DNA from: a virus
Taxonomy: Duplodnaviria; Heunggongvirae; Uroviricota; Caudoviricetes
Length of the DNA: 4,300 nucleotides
Direction: 5' to 3' (one strand)
IMG/VR virus record: IMGVR_UViG_2585427761_000013
A model generated the notes under the pieces. It had not been told where the DNA came from. It searched no databases and was given only the letters and a program-made list of their open reading frames with translations. The translations under genes and the position numbers were made by a program. Positions 1-4,300 of this stretch are shown in pieces (the first letter of the stretch is position 1; every line of letters starts with the position of its first letter).

Positions 1-579
1 GCGACGGAGGGTATCTCAGGGATGGTGAATAACATCACGGAGATGCTGAACGGAAATAAAGTGGAATGGCGCAGCTGGGCCTCATCAGTGCTGCAGGAAA
101 TATCAAAAGTTCTTATGAATGCCGCGATTGTCAACGGGATCAAGACGGCGGCAAACAGTATGTCCGGAGCGGGAGGATTTATCGGCAGTATTGGTAGCTG
201 GCTGGGCGGTGCGGTGGCCAATGCAAAAGGCGGGGTGTATACCTCGGCAAACCTGAGTGCGTACAGCAACAGTATTGTGGATACGCCCACGTACTTTGCC
301 TTTGCAAAAGGGGCGGGACTGATGGGGGAGGCCGGTCCTGAAGCCATTATGCCCCTGACCCGGGCGGCGGATGGCTCGCTGGGTGTGCGAGCGGTGGGCA
401 GTATGAACGGCAGTGCAGGTCTGGTGTATTCCCCGGTCTACCATATCGCCATTCAGAATGACGGGACTAATGGCCAGATAGGGCCGGAAGCTGCGGGCAG
501 CCTTGTGCAACTGATTGACCAGCGGGTGCAGGCGGTGATGCTGTCCATGCGACGTGACGGAGGAATGCTGAGTGGCTGA
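1..579 (+). CDS. H: Tail tape-measure protein, C-terminal part (lambda gpH-like); 5' end lies upstream of the window
   Basis: The frame is open from position 1 (no stop before the ATG at 22) and ends at TGA 577-579. The translation (…NGNKVEWRSWASSVLQEISKVLMNAAIVNGIKTAANSMSGAGGFIGS…) resembles the C-terminus of lambda gpH as I recall it. Its position directly upstream of M-L-K-I-J is the canonical gene order. Confidence 0.85.
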   Translation, partial: ATEGISGMVNNITEMLNGNKVEWRSWASSVLQEISKVLMNAAIVNGIKTAANSMSGAGGFIGSIGSWLGGAVANAKGGVYTSANLSAYSNSIVDTPTYFAFAKGAGLMGEAGPEAIMPLTRAADGSLGVRAVGSMNGSAGLVYSPVYHIAIQNDGTNGQIGPEAAGSLVQLIDQRVQAVMLSMRRDGGMLSG

Positions 580-913
580 GATAAAAACGCTGCATCTGGT
601 CCCGCGTGAAGGGATGCAGGTGAGTGAGAAACCGTCGGTGGCGAGGGTACGGTTTGGTGACGGTTATGAACAGCGCCGCCCGACGGGACTTAATGCCCGA
701 CTGAAGACGTTTCAGGCGGTGTTCCGGGTGACGGATGAGGCGACCCGGCGATGGCTGGAAGAGTTTTTATCGTGGCATGGTGGTTACCGTGCCTTTTTGT
801 GGCGACCGCCGAAACATAACCGGACGGTGAGGGTGGTATGCCGGGAGTGGAGCGTCACAGATAACGCCAGGTACAGTGATTTCAGTTGTACGATTGAGCA
901 GGTGGTGAACTGA
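572..913 (+). CDS. M: Minor tail protein M (lambda gpM-like), 113 aa
   Basis: The product contains VRFGDGYEQRRPTGLNA and ends in EQVVN, as lambda gpM does in my recollection. A GTG start at 572 is preceded by GGAGG (559-563) with an 8-nt spacer and overlaps the H stop. The exact start is uncertain, but an internal ATG would truncate the conserved N-terminus. Confidence 0.8.
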   Translation: MAEIKTLHLVPREGMQVSEKPSVARVRFGDGYEQRRPTGLNARLKTFQAVFRVTDEATRRWLEEFLSWHGGYRAFLWRPPKHNRTVRVVCREWSVTDNARYSDFSCTIEQVVN

Positions 914-1611
914 TGCAGGATATTCACGAAGAAAGTCTGAACGAGTCGGTTAAATCAGAGCAGTCACCGCGGGTGGTACTCTGGGAAATCGACCTGATGG
1001 TACAGGGCGGTGAGCGGTATTTTTTCTGTAATGAGCTGAATGAAAAAGGGGAGCCGGTCACCTGGCAGGGGCGTAAGTATGAGGCATACCCAATTGACGG
1101 CAGCGGCTTTGAGATGAACGGCCGGGGCAGCAGTGCCCGCCCGTCGCTGACGGTGTCCAATCTGTTTGGCCTTGTCACCGGGATGGCGGAGGACCTGCAG
1201 AGTCTGGTGGGGGCCACGGTGGTCCGCCGCCGGGTGTATGCCCGTTTTCTGGATGCGGTGAATTTCGTTGCGGGCAATCCGTCGGCGGACCCGGAGCAGG
1301 AGCTGAGTGACCGCTGGGTGGTGGAGCAGATGTCGCAGCTGACAGCCATGACGGCCTCGTTTGTGCTGGCCACACCGACCGAGACGGACGGGGCGCTGTT
1401 TCCCGGTCGCATCATGCTGGCGAACACCTGTATGTGGGATTACCGGGGAGATGAATGCGGGTATAACGGTCCTGCGGTGGCGGATGAGTTCGACAACCCC
1501 ACCACGGATATCCGTAAGGACAGATGCAGCAAGTGCATGCGCGGGTGTGAACTGCGCAGGAATGTCGGCAATTTTGGCGGTTTCCTTTCCATTAATAAAC
1601 TTTCGCAGTAA
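913..1611 (+). CDS. L: Minor tail protein L (lambda gpL-like), 232 aa
   Basis: The product (MQDIHEESLNE…VVLWEIDL…GGERYFFCNE…GEPVTWQGR…GNFGGFLSINKLSQ) closely matches lambda gpL as I recall it and is the same length. The start ATG at 913 overlaps the M stop (TGATG), and AGGTGG lies 7 nt upstream. Confidence 0.9.
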   Translation: MQDIHEESLNESVKSEQSPRVVLWEIDLMVQGGERYFFCNELNEKGEPVTWQGRKYEAYPIDGSGFEMNGRGSSARPSLTVSNLFGLVTGMAEDLQSLVGATVVRRRVYARFLDAVNFVAGNPSADPEQELSDRWVVEQMSQLTAMTASFVLATPTETDGALFPGRIMLANTCMWDYRGDECGYNGPAVADEFDNPTTDIRKDRCSKCMRGCELRRNVGNFGGFLSINKLSQ

Positions 1612-1621
1612 ATCCCGGTTT

Positions 1622-2365
1622 ATGACACAGACTGAATCAGCGATTCTGGCGCATGCCCGGCGGTGTGCGCCTGCGGAGTCGTGCGGCTTCGTGGTGAGAA
1701 CGCCGGAGGGGGAGCGGTATATCCCTTGTGTGAATATCTCTGCAGAGCCGGAGGCGTATTTTCGTATTGCACCGGAAGACTGGCTGCGGGCAGAGATGTC
1801 GGGGAAGATTGTGGCGCTGGTTCACAGTCATCCCGGTGGTCTGCCCTGGCTGAGCGAGGCTGACCGGCGGCTGCAGATAAAAAGCGCACTGCCCTGGTGG
1901 CTGGTCAGCCGGGGTGACATTCACAAATTCCGCTGTGTGCCACATCTGACAGGACGGCGCTTTGAGCACGGGGTGACGGACTGTTACACGCTGTTCCGGG
2001 ATGCTTATCATCTGGCGGGGACTGAAATGCCGGATTTTGAGCGTGAGGATGACTGGTGGCGCAACGGTCAGAACCTGTACCTGGACAATATGGAGGCGAC
2101 TGGTTTTTACAGGATTTCCCTGCCTTCCGCACAGCCTGGCGATATCCTGCTGTGCTGCTTTGGCGCATCGGTGGCCAATCATGCCGCCATATACTGCGGC
2201 AACGGTGAACTGCTTCACCATCTGCCTGAACAACTGAGTAAACGGGAGAGGTATTCCGAAAAATGGCAACGACGAACGCATTCTGTCTGGCGTCACCGCC
2301 ACTGGCACGCATCTGCCTTCACGGGGATTTGCAACGATTTGGCCGCCGCCTCAGCCTGTATGTGA
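1622..2365 (+). CDS. K: Tail assembly protein K: N-terminal JAB/MPN (JAMM) metalloprotease-like domain plus C-terminal NlpC/P60 cysteine peptidase domain, 247 aa
   Basis: The ATG at 1622 gives MTQTESAILAHARRC…. A JAMM-type motif H-S-H-x7-S-x2-D is present as HSHPGGLPWLSEAD (residues 68-81). NlpC/P60-like catalytic residues are Cys in GVTDCYTLF and His in ANHAAIY. The upstream part of ORF 1361..2365 overlaps L in another frame and is not coding. Confidence 0.9.
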   Translation: MTQTESAILAHARRCAPAESCGFVVRTPEGERYIPCVNISAEPEAYFRIAPEDWLRAEMSGKIVALVHSHPGGLPWLSEADRRLQIKSALPWWLVSRGDIHKFRCVPHLTGRRFEHGVTDCYTLFRDAYHLAGTEMPDFEREDDWWRNGQNLYLDNMEATGFYRISLPSAQPGDILLCCFGASVANHAAIYCGNGELLHHLPEQLSKRERYSEKWQRRTHSVWRHRHWHASAFTGICNDLAAASACM

Positions 2366-2943
2366 ACACGGCAGCGGAAGCCATCCGGGCGCTGTCGTTA
2401 CAGGTGCCCGGATTTCGCCGTCAGATGAACGAAGGGTGGTACCAGATACGTATTGCCGGTGATGACACGGCACCGGAGGCGGTGTACGCCCGTCTTCACG
2501 AACAGCTGGGTGAGGGAACGGTCATCCACATTGTGCCGCGACTGGCCGGGGCCAGAAAGGGTGGACTGCAGATTGTGCTGGGGGCGGCAGCCATCGTGGG
2601 GTCGTTCTTCACTGCCGGAGGCTCGATGGCGTTATGGGGTACAGCCCTGGCAGCCGGCGGTTTTTCTGCCACCACGATGCTGTTTTCACTGGGGGCCAGC
2701 ATGATACTGGGCGGTGTGGCCCAGATGCTGGCACCGAAGGCAAAAACACCGGATTACCGCGCAACGGATAACGGTAAACAGAACACGTATTTTTCCTCAC
2801 TGGACAATATGATTGCCCAGGGTAACCCGATGCCGGTGCCTTATGGTGAAATGCTGGTTGGCTCCCGCCGTATATCCCAGGACATCAGTACCCGTGATGA
2901 AGGCGGGGACGGAAAGGTCGTGGTTATCGGGCGGCAGGGGTAA
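2263..2943 (+). CDS. I: Tail assembly protein I: N-terminal ubiquitin-like (beta-grasp) domain ending in Gly-Gly, then a Gly/Ala-rich hydrophobic segment and a C-terminal domain, 226 aa
   Basis: The product (…ARICLHGDLQRFGRR…IHIVPRLAGARKGG LQIVLGAAAIVGSFF…QNTYFSSLDNMIAQGN…YGEML VGSRRISQDIST…VVVIGR) matches lambda gpI as I recall it. A GGGAGAGG stretch lies upstream of the ATG at 2263. The first 103 nt overlap the 3' end of K in a different frame, an overlap that lambda also has. Confidence 0.9.
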   Translation: MATTNAFCLASPPLARICLHGDLQRFGRRLSLYVNTAAEAIRALSLQVPGFRRQMNEGWYQIRIAGDDTAPEAVYARLHEQLGEGTVIHIVPRLAGARKGGLQIVLGAAAIVGSFFTAGGSMALWGTALAAGGFSATTMLFSLGASMILGGVAQMLAPKAKTPDYRATDNGKQNTYFSSLDNMIAQGNPMPVPYGEMLVGSRRISQDISTRDEGGDGKVVVIGRQG

Positions 2944-2944
2944 A

Positions 2945-2982
2945 AAGAATAAAAAAATCCCGCAGTGTTGCGGAACTGCGGG
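2945..2982 (-). terminator. Rho-independent terminator oriented for the minus strand (distal terminator of sodC)
   Basis: An 8-bp GC-rich stem (2959-2966 cccgcagt, 2975-2982 actgcggg) encloses an 8-nt loop. On the minus strand it is followed immediately by A-TTTTTTT-ATTCTTTTT (complement of 2945-2958). On the plus strand the hairpin is followed by agcgttacgaag, with no U-tract, so it is a poor plus-strand terminator. Confidence 0.6.
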
Positions 2983-3100
2983 AGCGTTACGAAGATTGAG
3001 TGTAAGGAATTATTCTTATGTCACGACAAAAACATTAACTCAGAGAGGGAGGATGTGCCGTTCTTTTCAGGGAGAAAGGATTTATCGTCCTGAGGAATAA

Positions 3101-3124
3101 AGGTAAGGGGCCCGCCCCTTACCT
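3101..3124 (-). terminator. Perfect 10-bp stem, 4-nt loop hairpin 6 nt downstream of the sodC stop; possible proximal terminator or 3' stabiliser
   Basis: The sequence aggtaagggg-cccg-ccccttacct is a perfect inverted repeat. On the minus strand it is followed by TTATTCC, a weak U-tract. No U-tract follows it on the plus strand. Confidence 0.4.
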
Positions 3125-3130
3125 GACTGA

Positions 3131-3658
3131 TTATTGAATGATGCCGCAGGCCATTCTCGCACCACCACCGCCCAGGGGCTCCGGATGGTCATGATGGTTA
3201 TCACCGCCAGCATGAAGCATGAGAGAACGCCCTTTAATCTCTTTTAATAAGTTCAGTCTCGGGGCCAGGACCGGGTAGTTCGCTTTTCCGTCATGCGTCA
3301 CGAACAGCGCAGGGAGGTCGCCCAGGTGTCCATCCGGAGACCAGGGGCCAAGATGTTTGCCGGTGTTTTTCGGGTCAAAGTGACCGCCAGCCGATAATGC
3401 TGCGACCGGTTTTCCGTCTTTCAGTGCCGGGGCGCAATTTCCTTTTTCGTGCACATGAAAACCATGAATGCCTTCAGACAGAGAGTGAAGGGCTGGTGTG
3501 AACAGCAGACCGTAGGGGGTCTCCTGAATGGTTATTTTTCCAATGCTGACTTCTTTTCCGTCAGCACTGACAAGGTTCATTGGGACTTCCTGTTCTGCTG
3601 CGTATCCGCATGATGCTGCTGTCAGCATGGCAATGGCAGCAATGATTTTACATTTCAT
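3131..3658 (-). CDS. sodC: Periplasmic copper/zinc superoxide dismutase precursor (SodC family), 175 aa, phage-borne cargo gene
   Basis: The minus-strand ATG at 3658 is preceded by GAGGG (complement of 3663-3667) and gives [24 protein letters not shown]…, a signal peptide. Cu,Zn-SOD hallmarks are present: [43 protein letters not shown] and [14 protein letters not shown], including both disulfide cysteines. The stop TAA is at 3131-3133. The longer listed ORF (3131..4165) is only an in-frame run lacking a stop. Confidence 0.9.
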   Translation of the reverse strand: MKCKIIAAIAMLTAASCGYAAEQEVPMNLVSADGKEVSIGKITIQETPYGLLFTPALHSLSEGIHGFHVHEKGNCAPALKDGKPVAALSAGGHFDPKNTGKHLGPWSPDGHLGDLPALFVTHDGKANYPVLAPRLNLLKEIKGRSLMLHAGGDNHHDHPEPLGGGGARMACGIIQ

Positions 3659-3791
3659 AAAACCCTCATTAATTCCGTTAACAGACTGAGCTTGCTGGTT
3701 ACAGGGTAACAAACAGCGTTCTGATGATATCGCGCAATAGCTGTGCAATATCCTATCACTGCGATTAATAATACCAATTGAGAGGAACATT
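3659..3791. promoter_or_regulatory. Intergenic region between divergent sodC and J; presumed sodC promoter and operator region, also holding the J ribosome-binding site
   Basis: This 133-bp non-coding, comparatively AT-rich stretch is the only place a sodC promoter can sit. I could not find a clean sigma70 -35/-10 pair; TTGCAC and TATCAT-like hexamers exist but are badly spaced. The J RBS GAGAGGA is at 3780-3786, 5 nt before the ATG at 3792. Confidence 0.3.
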
Positions 3792-4300
3792 ATGGGTAAA
3801 GGTGGCGGCAGGGCGCACACGCCTCGAGAGGCGAAGGATAATCTCAAATCCACGCAGATGATGAGTGTGATTGATGCGATTGGTGAGGGACCGATAGAAG
3901 GCCCGGTGAAAGGCCTGCAGAGTATTCTGGTGAACAAAACCCCGCTGACGGACACGGACGGTAATCCCGTGATACACGGTGTGACGGCGGTCTGGCGCGC
4001 CGGGGAGCAGGAGCAGACACCACCGGAAGGCTTTGAGTCCTCCGGTGCTGAAACCGGACTGGGCGTGGAAGTGACGAAGGCAAAACCGGTGACGCGCACC
4101 ATTACGTCTGCGAACATTGACCGCCTGCGGGTTACCTTCGGGGTGCAGTCACTGGTGCAGACCACGTCAAAGGGCGACCGTAATCCTTCCTCTGTCCGGA
4201 TTCTGATTCAGTTACAGCGTAATGGCCGCTGGGTGACGGAAAAGGACGTCACCATTAACGGCAAGACCACCTCACAGTTCCTGGCCTCGGTGATTCTGGA
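3792..4300 (+). CDS. J: Host specificity / central tail fibre protein J, N-terminal part; continues beyond the window
   Basis: The ATG at 3792 follows GAGAGGA. The frame stays open to the window end, which is why the ORF track omits it. Hand translation gives [42 protein letters not shown]…[15 protein letters not shown]…[13 protein letters not shown]…TSKGDRNPS…, which matches the lambda gpJ N-terminus as I recall it. Confidence 0.9.
   Translation, partial: MGKGGGRAHTPREAKDNLKSTQMMSVIDAIGEGPIEGPVKGLQSILVNKTPLTDTDGNPVIHGVTAVWRAGEQEQTPPEGFESSGAETGLGVEVTKAKPVTRTITSANIDRLRVTFGVQSLVQTTSKGDRNPSSVRILIQLQRNGRWVTEKDVTINGKTTSQFLASVIL

Larger units (their letters stand above)
2944..3791. other. Moron-type cargo cassette (terminators, sodC, promoter region) inserted between tail genes I and J in the opposite orientation
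   Basis: The I-J spacer here is about 850 bp, whereas in lambda it is short in my recollection. The extra DNA holds a single antisense gene with its own RBS, an upstream intergenic region and stacked downstream hairpins. Hand counts suggest lower GC than the flanking tail genes. Confidence 0.65.

Noticed and set aside
1361-1621. N-terminal extension of the K ORF (ATG at 1361)
   Set aside because: It overlaps the 3' third of the L gene in another frame and gives an Arg/Cys/Trp-rich sequence. The conserved K sequence starts at MTQTES (1622).
1663-2704. Plus-strand alternative-frame ORFs inside K and I (1663..1863, 2001..2237, 2453..2704)
   Set aside because: They are embedded out of frame within strongly supported genes, have no RBS and show low-complexity composition.
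103-2800. Minus-strand ORFs antisense to the tail genes (103..510, 924..1427, 1175..1375, 1620..1889, 1637..2308, 1905..2312, 2496..2702, 2609..2800)
   Set aside because: These are shadow ORFs typical of GC-rich coding DNA. Their products are Pro/Arg/Ser-rich with no recognisable motifs, and each is fully covered by a well-supported plus-strand tail gene.
2813-3100. 95-aa plus-strand ORF spanning the end of I and the terminator region, including a 15-codon ORF (3053..3100) next to a GGGAGG stretch
   Set aside because: The first half is out of frame inside I and the reading frame runs straight through the terminator hairpin. The GGGAGG abuts the internal ATG with essentially no spacer. A micro-peptide cannot be excluded, but nothing supports one.
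3101-3124. Perfect 24-bp palindrome considered as a recombination site or mobile-element end marking the cassette boundary
   Set aside because: There is no matching repeat at the other end of the cassette (about 3660-3790) and no integrase or transposase in the window. Its position 6 nt after the sodC stop fits a terminator or 3' stabiliser better.
3765-4083. Minus-strand ORFs 3765..3977 and 3844..4083
   Set aside because: Both are antisense to the well-supported N-terminus of J and have no start context or recognisable motifs.
3131-4165. 344-aa minus-strand ORF extending sodC upstream through the intergenic region and across the J start
   Set aside because: Only the last 175 codons look like a protein: they have an RBS, a signal peptide and SOD motifs. 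The upstream part is low-complexity Pro/Ser/Arg-rich reading antisense to J and across a non-coding region. It is an open frame by chance, not a longer gene.
1-4300. Searched by eye for CRISPR repeats, tRNA-like cloverleaf sequences, long direct repeats and Chi sites (GCTGGTGG or its complement)
   Set aside because: I found none. Near-matches to Chi (e.g. cctggtgg around 1888-1895) differ at the first base.
1-4300. Looked for a defence or anti-defence system, or a toxin-antitoxin pair, as the hidden novel system
   Set aside because: Every substantial ORF is accounted for by a tail gene or sodC. No unexplained protein-coding capacity remains apart from the 118-bp spacer between the two hairpins.

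Overview
This window is the distal tail-morphogenesis block of a lambda-like siphovirus, most likely an enterobacterial lambdoid prophage. All tail genes are on the + strand in lambda order: the 3' end of the tape-measure gene H (1..579), M (572..913), L (913..1611), K (1622..2365), I (2263..2943) and the 5' end of the host-specificity gene J (3792..>4300). Between I and J lies a cassette of about 0.85 kb (2944..3791) carrying one gene on the opposite strand. That gene encodes a signal-peptide-bearing periplasmic Cu,Zn superoxide dismutase (sodC, 3131..3658, minus strand) with its own ribosome-binding site, an upstream divergent intergenic region and two stacked hairpins downstream. This has the architecture of a phage moron (lysogenic-conversion cargo) and is the only accessory content I can support. 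I see no tRNA, CRISPR array, transposase or defence-system signature. The second notable element is the K/I pair. K carries an intact JAB/MPN metalloprotease motif and an NlpC/P60 Cys/His domain, and the N-terminal domain of I ends in Gly-Gly, which matches the predicted ubiquitin-like processing module of lambda-type tails. All calls rest on reading the translations and on remembered family motifs; no database search was run.
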